Origin: Octopus vulgaris
Lineage: Eukaryota
DNA: 64,000 nt
Direction of reading: 5' to 3'
NCBI GenBank assembly: GCA_951406725.2
Contig: OX597816.1
Coordinates: 29,450,001-29,514,000, forward strand
In this document: positions 43,974 through 54,907 of the stretch, piece by piece
Layout of the letters: each line of letters begins with the position of its first letter
How positions within the stretch are numbered: position 1 is the stretch's first letter
Notes under the pieces: model-generated
Seen by the model: the letters and a program-made list of their open reading frames with translations, nothing else
The model's database searches: none
What the model was told of the DNA's origin: nothing
Program-made: the position numbers and the translations under genes

Positions 43974-44061
43974 CATACATACATATAAATATGCATGTAC
44001 ATATATATATGGGTGTATATATACATGTATATATACATATATATATGTATATATATAAATG

Positions 44062-44111
<50 letters not shown>

Positions 44112-44160
44112 GTGTGTGTGTGTGTGTGTCTATATACATACATATATATATATATATATG

Positions 44161-44198
<38 letters not shown>

Positions 44199-44526
44199 TA
44201 TATACAAATGAGACAAGAACGCAAAATATCCAGACAGTTAGGTGATACAAAAAGGGACAACAAAACATCCACATAGACGAGACAAAGAAAACAAGGAAAG
44301 GTCATTCGATGTTTTCATTGTAATTCTTCTGTCCCTCTGCTCCTACTTCTCTCTCTTCTCTTCCCACGGGACCGCTGTTCAACCCAGACTGTTCTTTCTT
44401 TCCTGGTCCGACCATTGTCCGTACAACATCGATATTCTTCCCTGTGTTTGTGAAATCCTTGTATCTCTGCCGTAGAGCTTCATTTCCACACGCGCCAGCT
44501 TTATTCAATTCGTCCTTGTCCCATTC

Positions 44527-44595
<69 letters not shown>

Positions 44596-44620
44596 TAGCG
44601 ATGTATGTACACTTTAGTTA

Positions 44621-44656
<36 letters not shown>

Positions 44657-45096
44657 GATGTACGTACATATATATATCTTGGGTATGTTCGATGAATTCA
44701 GCAAAAATATTTAGATTCAGATGACTATTCTACTTAAGTTGTGGCACCAGAACTTAGTACGGTAATATCCATGCAATTTCAAGATAAGGTGATTAAAATC
44801 AAAATAAGCATCAAGGTAATGCAGTATGATCATGTTACGCAAATCCGTTTAATTGAACAATGCAACCATTACATCAATTTAAATGTGGAGCAGTCCTCAG
44901 CTGCTCAAAGACATATAATTTAATTCACTTAAAACAGATGGACACAGTACAAGTCTCCAAGAATGTAAGGGGATAGAGAAAGAACATGATGCCTTCTCTT
45001 CAGGTTAGAAGCTACTAAGGTATCAGTAAGAAAGACTTGTTCCAGATTTTGCTCATCGCTGCATTTTATGGGTTCAGTTTTAATTTATAGACTAGT

Positions 45097-45398
45097 TTTA
45101 TCAAATCCTTGTATAGCTAAGGCCGTGATAACAAGGGACTATGATTTTCAGGGCTCAGGCTGAGGGAATCAACAAAAATCATAGTGGGTAAAGGCCTAAA
45201 AAACCAAGTTTTATAAGATTTGTCAGCTAACATCTTGATTTAAGTTTTCCTTTACCATATCTCATGATATTGCTTCTAATAAATCTTGATATTTTTATGA
45301 CTATACCCGCTATGATTTCTGTCGATTCCCTCAGCCCTACCCGTAAGAGACACCTCCCCTTGTTGTCTTGGCCTTAGATATACAAAGATTTGATAAAG
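45097..45398. mobile_element. MITE with long (~120-bp) imperfect TIRs
   Basis: TTTATCAAATC.TTGTATA.CTAAGGCC and GGCTGAGGGAATC.ACA.AAATCATAG.GGGTA have reverse complements at 45304-45398. Confidence 0.75.
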
Positions 45399-46782
45399 CA
45401 TCGATCCAATCTACGTATCACAGGGAAATGTAGCGTGATACAAAATGTCCTTTCAATTACAGGTGAAGTCACGTGTACCTGCTGAATGAGCTAGAACAAT
45501 ATGAAATAAAGTGTCTTGCTCAAGGATACAACGCGCCGCAATGAAACGAAAATAGGGCCTCATTATCTTGAATCGAATAGCAAACCATTAATCCGCCTTC
45601 GAAACGTAGAGTAGATGAAACAGGGACAACTGAAGAAGGGGAATATTCTTTATGTTGTATGTCCCGTTTCTCTATTTGCTTTTTTCATTGTTCAAAAAAT
45701 GTTCGTTTCAATGATTTTGATTTTATGTTTTCGTTTCGCATTGTGTTCAACGTTGTTTTGATGTCCTGTACCCATATATGCATGCAATAATAACATATAT
45801 ATGTAGGTATGTACATAAATGTATGTATATATGCATATATTTATATATTATTTATATTATATATATATATATATATAAATATATATATATATACAGAGTG
45901 AGAGAGAGAGGGGGGGAGTTGAGAGGAAGAGAGGAATATTTGTATAGATAGAAACATACATGTTTATATGTTTACTTTTATTCATAGGTTTATGTTCTGA
46001 GGTATATATGTGTTTAATATTTATATGCATTAGAATGCAGCAAGATTGATGTATGACGTTGGAAATCAAATTATAAAGATTGTAGAGGATATTTAGCAGT
46101 GGTTTACTGAAGCATGCCATGCGTTAAGAAATAGCAATAGAATATGTAATGAAATAACCAGTTCTAAGATTGCTACATAAAACCTATTTGTAATACGGAA
46201 GCTACTTTCGGGTATAGAAATAAGATTTTGTATCACAGCAACTAAAAATACTTCGAATGACATAGATGAAATTCCTCTGAAGAATCTTGTGAGGGATAAC
46301 GTTTATAGTTCTTCAGCGTGTCAGTTTTAGCGGAATGGAGAAACCTGTCATGCTGAATAGAGTCTTTGATGGATATATTATGTAGTAATTGTGTGCGATA
46401 CTGGATATTAAACCTGATCCTTTATACCCTGCTTAACATACTATAAGAATTGATCCTACGGTCAATAACAAGTCGACATCTTCACAAAAGCAATCGCTGA
46501 GCCTACATCACACTAACCTTCGAAGATAAACGTATATGATCGATACATTACGAATATTGGATAGGCTTGCTGATGTTTTAGACAATATTTTACCACTGAA
46601 CTGAGATCAGGTTCTGCTAAAACTTATTTCAGTGATTTTCTGCGGAAAATGATTATTACAGTTTACACAGTCTAATTGCTTTACATGTAATTTGATTTGA
46701 GTTTCTCAGTTAAAATAGAGACGTTTAAAGCGGGGAATAATCATGAATGAAAAGATATATATATATATATATTATATATATG

Positions 46783-47373
46783 TAGGTCCCGGGTTGATTC
46801 GGGGTTAACCACAGTAAGTAAGGTACTCAATACATAGCAGAGTAAAATTAATTTATTATATAGAAGGAGCTTCTACAGGACTAGTACTGTTTCATTCAAG
46901 AGAAATCTTCAGGAAGCTATTTAACAAGAATTGTATTAGCATTTATACATTTAGGCAGGTTTAAAGGAGTGGTGGTGGGGGACTTTTTTGGGGGTAGGCA
47001 TAGCGCAAAATATCATACTTGGGGGAGTGGTCAAGGAGTCAGTGGTAAGTTAGATGAAAGAATAGATAAAATAAAAAAATAAATAAAAAAATAAAAAAAT
47101 AAAATAATAAAAAAATATTTTATTTTATTTTTTTATTTTTTTTATTTATTTTTTATTTTATCTATTCTTTCATCTAACTTACCACTGACTCCTTGACCAC
47201 TCCCCCAAGTATGATATTTTGCGCTATGCCTACCCCCAAAAAGTCCCCCACCACCACTCCTTTAAACCTGCCTAAATGTATAAATGCTAATACAATTCTT
47301 GTTAAATAGCTTCCTGAAGATTTCTCTTGAATGAAACAGTACTAGTCCTGTAGAAGCTCCTTCTATATAATAA
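46783..47373. mobile_element. Penelope-like pseudo-LTR fragment arranged as a near-perfect ~260-bp-arm palindrome within (TA)n
   Basis: 46853-47110 is the reverse complement of 47118-47373. It carries a hammerhead motif in each arm and is flanked by (TA)n. Confidence 0.75.
47308..47358 (+). ncRNA. Minimal type I hammerhead ribozyme (C3-G8 core); mirror copy at 46868-46918 on minus
   Basis: AGCUUC-CUGAAGA-u UUC ucuu GAA u-GAAA-CAG uacuaguc CUG-UA-GAAGCU. Stems I, II and III all pair; cleavage triplet GUA. Confidence 0.75.
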
Positions 47374-47391
47374 ATAAATATATTATATATA

Positions 47392-47537
<146 letters not shown>

Positions 47538-47544
47538 TGGCTGT

Positions 47545-47975
47545 GTGGAGGCGCAGGAGTGGCTGTGTGGTAACCAAAGTATCGGTTAAACTTGCTGCAA
47601 CACCAACCACATAGTTCCGGGTTCTTGCTTACCAGTCCCAGTCCCACTGCGTGGCACCTTCGTTAAGTTTCTTCTACTATAGTCTCGGGCCGACCAAAGC
47701 CTTGTGAGTGGATTTGGTAGATGGAAACTGAAATAAGCTCGCTATATATATGTATATATATATATATATATGCGTGTGTGTGTTTGTGTGTCTGTGTTTG
47801 TCCCCCTAGCATTGCTTGACAACCGAAGCTGGTGTGTTTATGTCCCCGTAAAATAGCGGTTCGGCAAAAGTGACCGATAGAATAAGTACTGGGCTTACAA
47901 AGGAATAAGTCCCGGGGTCGAGTTGCTGGCCGCAGTCAACTGACTGAAACAAGTAAAAGAGTAAAAGAGTAAAGA
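47545..47975 (+). mobile_element. SINE family A copy
   Basis: Collinear with the 24220/27737 copies, with small indels. Confidence 0.85.
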
Positions 47976-49035
47976 GTATATACTTAGATATATATATATA
48001 TACACACACATACATATACAAAAATACATATATATATATATATATTTGTAAAAAATGAAGTTCGAAAATGCTGCTGTATTATACAATTTTTAATTTTTAT
48101 ATATATACATTATAACATGTTTCAGTTCTTGAAATGAACCTTATCAAAAAAAGTTATATATAAAAAAAGACAGCTCATGCCGTCAAACACAAGAAATTCA
48201 TTTATAATACACAACGTAGTCAGACATCTTAGAGTTCATGTATAGTTGATATATAGTTCATGTATAGTTGATATATAGTTTGAAGTATATGTTCAAAGTG
48301 TTCGATGCAGTGGCCCACGGTGGCGATACGTATTCAATACAAAAAACAGAAAACAGATCAAAGTGGTGGAAAGTGGTCAATACAGAAGATTGATATTTCC
48401 GAAAGAGCGAGGAATTCATTTTTACCTTAAGCAATTGTGATGACCCATAGTGGATGTTCGCTGGGTGGATCTAGTGGGTTTTGTGAAGTGCTCGGTTTTA
48501 TAATGCCTGTTAGGTGGTCAATCCAGCGTAGCGTGACGTCATCAACGTTTTGACCAATCGTTTCGTTAGGTGGCTTTATTCAAGCAGAACGGGACGTCAT
48601 CATCATTTTGACCAATCGCTGCATTATAACTGCCTCTTGTTTGTTTCCTGTTTTGACCAGTCGCTTCGTTAGTCAAGCAGAACGGGACGTCATCCAGATT
48701 CTGCCCAATCACGACTTATAGCTACATTAGATCTGCCCCCTGTCTGGACTTGTTAGGTGACTAGTCAAGCAGAAAAGGACGTCATCAATATTCTGACTAA
48801 TGACTGTCCCCTGTTTGTATCCTGTCCATTCTAGCAGAGCTAGACGTCACCAACTTGTTGACCAATCAGAATCGGGTCTGACCCTTAGCTGTATCGTATG
48901 TATCAGGGTCAGATTTGCACGAAATAATTTTTTTCCTTTTTTACTAAGGCATATTTCCGTCAGAGCGAGTGTCTGTTTAAAGTAGCGGCCGTGGTGGAAT
49001 TTTGCTTCTCCTTTTCGGAGGACTTATCTTTTGTT

Positions 49036-51332
49036 TTAGTATTCCTGGCCCAGGGTGTTTAAACTTGGTCTAAATTTTTTTATGAAATATAGTTCTTTAT
49101 TTTGGCGTTGTGTGAAGGTTGCGTTGTCACTGAATTTATAAAGCGGGTTAGTTGTAAATTTCGGATTTACATTTCCAGCACATCTATCTATGTGTCCGCT
49201 GACCGGTATTTTGCGGTATTCAGGGTTTCTAATTTGTGATTTATGCACCGCCATCCTGTTACGTAAGCTATTTTTGTATGGCCTATATACTGCCTATTGC
49301 AGCCTGCGCATGTTATGACGTAAATTAAGTTTTCTGATGCGCAGGTGAAGTTTGTTCTAATGGTGAACTGGTGGCCTTGTTCCAGTATAAATTCTGATCC
49401 TTCTTTCAAGATGACACAGATTCCGCAGTTGGGCCTTCCACATTTTCTAACTGCTGGTTTTGTGGTTGATGTTGAGTGCAGTGTAGCTTGGGTTAAAATC
49501 TTTTTCAAGGATTTTGGTTGCCGTTTACTTTTAATGATGGTGTGTGTTTCGAGGATCCGGTTCATCTTTGGGTCTCCCTTTAGTAGGGCTGTGCTTTGTA
49601 GTATGGTGTTGAAGGCCTCATTGTTGAGTGGGTTGTGTGTAGAGATGTAGGGAAGGGTTTTTAATTGTTCTTTCTTTTTTGGTTTTGTTTGTCTCAGGTC
49701 TTCTATACTTAATTTAAGTACCCGTTGGATTGCACTGTCTATTAGGGGCTGTGGATAGTTTCTATTTGTGAGCGTGGTTCTAAGTTCCTGGAGACGTGTG
49801 TGTCGGGTGTTTGTGTCTGATATTATGGTGCAAATCCTTCTAGCTAAACAAAAAGGGACATTCATTCTAGTGTGTCGTGGGTGGCATGAATCAAAGGGTA
49901 GGTACTGTTTAGAGTCTGTCGGTTTATAGTAGATATCTGTCTCTATTTTGTTGCCGGTTTTCTTAATGAGGATGTCTAAAAATGGTAATTCGTTTTCGTT
50001 GTGGTCCATCGTGAATTGTATATTGTCATTTATTCCATTTAATAGTATTTTAAATTCCTCAAGTTTCTCTATACCTTTGTCCCAGATGATGAAACAGTCA
50101 TCGAGGTATCTTTTCCAGTTGTTATGGATATAGGTGGCGAAGGTGTTTCCATATTTCTCGAGTGTCATCCGGTATAGTATTTTCTCGAGGTATCCCATCA
50201 CTAGGTTGGCAAAAGATGGTGCAGTACGCGTGCCCATCGCTGTTCCCGATCTTTGCCTGTAGAAATCATTGTCAAAAATAAAATAATTGTTCTCTAAAAT
50301 GAATCTAAGTCCTTCTATTATAAGGTCTTTGTTTATGCGAGTTGGTAGTTCAAAGGGGTAGTTATTCAGCCAGAAGGTGATCGCTTCTATTCCTAGGTTG
50401 TGAGGGATGTTAGAATAAAGATTAACTACGTCGAATGATACTAGAAGTGTTTTCTCATTGACTGTTTTAGGGAGGTGGTTGAGCATATCTATATCGTCTC
50501 TTACGTAGCTTTTGATGTGTTTTAGGAAAGGTTTAAGAAGTGTGTCTAAGAAATTGCTGAGGCGGTGAGTTTCACATGCTGGCCCTGCTATTATCGGTCT
50601 TAGTTTAAGATCATTTGGTGGAGGGATTTTGATGAGTGTGTCGGTGGATTTTTTGCACGTTTCTCTAATGGTTTGGCTTTTGTTTACCTTAGGGATACCA
50701 TAGAACAAACTCGATTTGCATTTGAAGTTAGTGATGTATTCATACTCCTTGTTCGTGAGTCCTTCTTGGTATGTGTTGATTAATGTCCTAAGGTTATGCA
50801 TTATTTTTTGCTGGTTATACTGTTGGGCCCTTTCATAATACGTTTCATCTCTTAATAGGGATAGCACTAAATTTTTATAATCGTTTGTATTCATTATTAC
50901 TATCGCGTTGCCCTCATCTGCCTCCTTAATTGTTATTGTTTTGTCTTCTCTTAGTTTGATGATGTCGTTCCATTCTCTTTTGTTGAAGTTAGGGCTGTGT
51001 TTTTGTTTCTTGATGAATTGAAACGGGAAATTAGTTATGTAGTCACAATAGCGGTCTAAGGCTTTATTCTTACCCTTGGTGGGGGTGTAATTGCTCTTGT
51101 TTCTAGCTATTGAGTACTCCTCTATTTGTTTGTCTTGAAATGCCTCGGTGAGTCTTAGTTTTCTGCAAAATTCCGAAATATCATCTTTCATTTCATAGTA
51201 ATTAGAACGTTGTGGGGTGGGTGTAAATTTAAGTCCTTTGGAGAGTATGCTTATTTCGTTAGGTGTAAGTTCTTTGTTTGAGAGATTGATTATCTTAATT
51301 ATCTGAGGTTTCTTTTGTTTGTCCTTTGCCAT
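49036..51332 (-). CDS. PLE reverse transcriptase + Zn knuckle + GIY-YIG endonuclease (~765 aa reconstructed; 1-nt deletion near 49270)
   Basis: IINLS..LSKGLKFTPTP, ADEGNA.VIM, FYGIPKVNK, LRPIIA, SFDVVNLYSNIP, GTAMGT, RYLDDCF, LPFLD, YYKPTD, CGRPNCGIC, NLIYVITCAGC..YIG. The tail continues in ORF 49036..49254. Confidence 0.92.
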
Positions 51333-52264
51333 CGTGTGTCCCTGTTCCTGTGTGTAAGGTCTAAAAAATGGTTGGTGTAGTTATGTCCAAAGCTAATATT
51401 TATCTGTCTCATGTTGTTATAATTGTCAGAGTGAGTTTGTGGTGCTCTGTTCTGGAGTCTGTTGTTGAACCTAGTGTTCCGTCTTAGTTCCTCAGGTATA
51501 TTGTGTTGGTAGTTGTTTCCTCCGTAGTGCATTTGTTGTTTGTTATAGTTGTATGGTTGGTTCCTGGGGTGGATGTTTGGTAGTAGCGTTTTGGTTTGGT
51601 TATGTGGGTTGTATTTTATAGTATTGTATGTTGTGGCTCTTAGGTTCGTGGAGTGGTGTGGTGGGACCCTATAAGTGTTTTGGGGTTGGTGTAGGTAGTG
51701 TGGGGTGCGTTTTAAATGCATTTTTCTAGTGTAGAGTGTGTTTGGATTTCTTGGTGGTTGTTCTGCTCTGTTGGTATGTCTATTTTCGAACTGGTGTGGT
51801 GGGCCTCTGTAGGTGTTTTGGGGTTGGTGTAGGTAGTGTGGGGTGTGTTTTAGGTGTACTTTTCTGGTGTAGAGTGTGGTAGGATTTCTTGGTGGTTGTT
51901 CCGTTCTGTTGGTATTTGGTTTTGATTTACTTAATTTTATGAAGGGGTTGTTGGATATGTGTTCATTTTTGAAGTTGGTTTCATAATCTAGAAACCAGAT
52001 GACGCTCTTTTCCCATCGTTGGAGGGACTTAAGTTCCTCTTTTTCACATTCTTCATTCCATAGTGCTGGTAATGTTTCAGTATTGATGTCGTCTATTAGT
52101 TTGATGACTTCTTCGTTGATTTCCTCGACTATCGCTTTTACTTTTTCTTCATTCGTTTTAGCTCTCAGCTTAAGTAGTTCTATTTCCATCTTCATTTTTT
52201 CTAATGACATTTTTTCTCTAAGTTTTCTTTGTTCTTCTGGTTCTTCCGAGATGGGCTTGATTTG
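51299..52264 (-). CDS. PLE upstream ORF (charged/coiled-coil-like N-part, N/P/T/H-rich C-part with 2 x 46-aa repeat), 5'-truncated at the inversion junction
   Basis: ORF 51299..52210 stays open upstream to 52264 (QIKPISEEPEEQRKLREK-M). It has the same A/C-rich strand bias as the RT ORF. Confidence 0.75.
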   Translation of the reverse strand, partial: QIKPISEEPEEQRKLREKMSLEKMKMEIELLKLRAKTNEEKVKAIVEEINEEVIKLIDDINTETLPALWNEECEKEELKSLQRWEKSVIWFLDYETNFKNEHISNNPFIKLSKSKPNTNRTEQPPRNPTTLYTRKVHLKHTPHYLHQPQNTYRGPPHQFENRHTNRAEQPPRNPNTLYTRKMHLKRTPHYLHQPQNTYRVPPHHSTNLRATTYNTIKYNPHNQTKTLLPNIHPRNQPYNYNKQQMHYGGNNYQHNIPEELRRNTRFNNRLQNRAPQTHSDNYNNMRQINISFGHNYTNHFLDLTHRNRDTRWQRTNKRNLR

Positions 52265-53755
52265 TAAAACACATCAAAAGCTACGTAAGAGACGATATAG
52301 ATATGCTCAACCACCTCCCTAAAACAGTCAATGAGAAAACCCTTCTAGTATCATTCGACGTAGTTAATCTTTATTCTAACATCCCTCACAACCTAGGAAT
52401 AGAAGCGATCACCTTCTGGCTGAATAACTACCCCTTTGAACTACCAACTCGCATAAACAAAGACCTTATAATAGAAGGACTTAGATTCATTTTAGAGAAC
52501 AATTATTTTATTTTTGACAATGATTTCTACAGGCAAAGATCGGGAACAGCGATGGGCACGCGTACTGCACCATCTTTTGCCAACCTAGTGATGGGATACC
52601 TCGAGAAAATACTATACCGGATGACACTCGAGAAATATGGAAACACCTTCGCCACCTATATCCATAACAACTGGAAAAGATACCTCGATGACTGTTTCAT
52701 CATCTGGGACAAAGGTATAGAGAAACTTGAGGAATTTAAAATACTATTAAATGGAATAAATGACAATATACAATTCACGATGGACCACAACGAAAACGAA
52801 TTACCATTTTTAGACATCCTCATTAAGAAAACCGGCAACAAAATAGAGACAGATATCTACTATAAACCGACAGACTCTAAACAGTACCTACCCTTTGATT
52901 CATGCCACCCACGACACACTAGAATGAATGTCCCTTTTTGTTTAGCTAGAAGGATTTGCACCATAATATCAGACACAAACACCCGACACACACGTCTCCA
53001 GGAACTTAGAACCACGCTCACAAATAGAAACTATCCACAGCCCCTAATAGACAGTGCAATCCAACGGGTACTTAAATTAAGTATAGAAGACCTGAGACAA
53101 AACAAAACCAAAAAAGAAAGAACAATTAAAAACCCTTCCCTACATCTCTACACACAACCCACTCAACAATGAGGCCTTCAACACCATACTACAAAGCACA
53201 GCCCTACTAAAGGGAGACCCAAAGATGAACCGGATCCTCGAAACACACACCATCATTAAAAGTAAACGGCAACCAAAATCCTTGAAAAAGATTTTAACCC
53301 AAGCTACACTGCACTCAACATCAACCACAAAACCAGCAGTTAGAAAATGTGGAAGGCCCAACTGCGGAATCTGTGTCATCTTGAAAGAAGGATCAGAATT
53401 TATACTGGAACAAGGCCACCAGTTCACCATTAGAACAAACTTCACCTGCGCATCAGAAAACTTAATTTACGTCATAACATGCGCAGGCTGCAATAGGCAG
53501 TATATAGGCCATACAAAAAGTAGCTTACGTAACAGGATGGCGGTGCATAAATCACAAATTAGAAACCCTGATTACCGCAAAATACCGGTCAGCGGACACA
53601 TAGATAGATGTGCTGGAAATGTAAATCCGAAATTTACAACTAACCCGCTTTATAAATTCAGTGACAACGCAACCTTCACACAACGCCAAAATAAAGAACT
53701 ATATTTCATAAAAAAATTTAGACCAAGTTTAAACACCCTGGGCCAGGAATACTAA
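52265..53755 (+). pseudogene. 5'-truncated inverted copy of the PLE RT-GIY-YIG ORF (1-nt insertion near 53100)
   Basis: ORFs 52303..53172 and 53225..53755 are nearly identical to the minus-strand protein. Confidence 0.9.
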
Positions 53756-53924
53756 AACAAAAGATAAGTCCTCCGAAAAGGAGAAGCAAAATTCCACCAC
53801 GGCCGCTACTTTAAACAGACACTCGCTCTGACGGAAATATGCCTTAGTAAAAAAGGAAAAAAATTCTTTCGTGCAAATCTGACCCTGATACATACGATAC
53901 AGCTAAGGGCCAGACCCGATTCTG

Positions 53925-54295
53925 ATAGGTCAACAAGTTGATGACGTCTAGCTCTGCTAGAATGGACAGGATACAAACAGGGGACAGTCATTAGTCAGAA
54001 TATTGATGACGTCCTTTTCTGCTTGACTAGTCACCTAACAAGTCCAGACAGGGGGCAGATCTAATGTAGCTATAAGTCGTGATTGGGCAGAATCTGGATG
54101 ACGTCCCGTTCTGCTTGACTAACGAAGCGACTGGTCAAAACAGGAAACAAACAAGAGGCAGTTATAATGCAGCGATTGGTCAAAATGATGATGACGTCCC
54201 GTTCTGCTTGAATAAAGCCACCTAACGAAACGATTGGTCAAAACGTTGATGACGTCACGCTACGCTGGATTGACCACCTAACAGGCATTATAAAA
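53925..54295 (+). promoter_or_regulatory. Putative PLE pseudo-LTR promoter: 5 x ATTGG-N12-TGACGT modules + TATAAAA (mirror at ~48496-48866 on minus)
   Basis: Modules start at 53925, 53990, 54082, 54175 and 54233. TATAAAA at 54289-54295. Confidence 0.65.
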
Positions 54296-54622
54296 CCGAG
54301 CACTTCACAAAACCCACTAGATCCACCCAGCGAACATCCACTATGGGTCATCACAATTGCTTAAGGTAAAAATGAATTCCTCGCTCTTTCGGAAATATCA
54401 ATCTTCTGTATTGACCACTTTCCACCACTTTGATCTGTTTTCTGTTTTTTGTATTGAATACGTATCGCCACCGTGGGCCACTGCATCGAACACTTTGAAC
54501 ATATACTTCAAACTATATATCAACTATACATGAACTATATATCAACTATACATGAACTCTAAGATGTCTGACTCCGTTGTGTATTATAAATGAATTTCTT
54601 GTGTTTGACGGCATGAGCATCT

Positions 54623-54696
54623 TTTTTTATATATAACTTTTTTTGATAAGGTTCATTTCAAGAACTGAAACATGTTATAATGTATATATATAAAAA
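54623..54696 (+). ncRNA. Candidate minimal hammerhead ribozyme with U3-A8 core variant (mirror core 48114-48147 on minus)
   Basis: UUGAUAA-GGUUC auuucaa GAACU-GAAA-CAUG-UU. Stem III is palindromic, stem I is AU-rich and imperfect, and it sits near the PLE terminus. Confidence 0.55.
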
Positions 54697-54777
54697 TTAA
54701 AAATTGTATAATACAGCAGCATTTTCGAACTTCATTTTTTACAAATATATACCTACTCGTATACGAGCTAATCCTAT

Positions 54778-54907
<130 letters not shown>

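Larger units (their letters stand above)
48044..54746. mobile_element. Penelope-like retroelement (C-terminal GIY-YIG, Neptune-type), inverted head-to-head insertion in (TA)n
   Basis: 48044-50524 is a near-identical reverse complement of 52265-54746. RT and GIY-YIG ORFs lie on both strands, and both outer ends abut (TA)n. Confidence 0.93.

Noticed and set aside
44200-44530. ORF 44302..44592 as a coding exon
   Set aside because: Starts in (TA)n, has no identifiable motif, and adjoins sequence resembling the repeat at 45620-45780.
49036-53755. Selenoprotein-encoding or Naiad-type PLE
   Set aside because: The endonuclease is C-terminal, and the Zn-knuckle and endonuclease cysteines use TGT/TGC, with no in-frame TGA.
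53925-54260. CRISPR-like repeat-spacer array or SECIS elements from the recurring ATGACGTC
   Set aside because: Eukaryotic retroelement context with degenerate repeats of irregular period, and no Sec codon to serve. Better explained as promoter modules.
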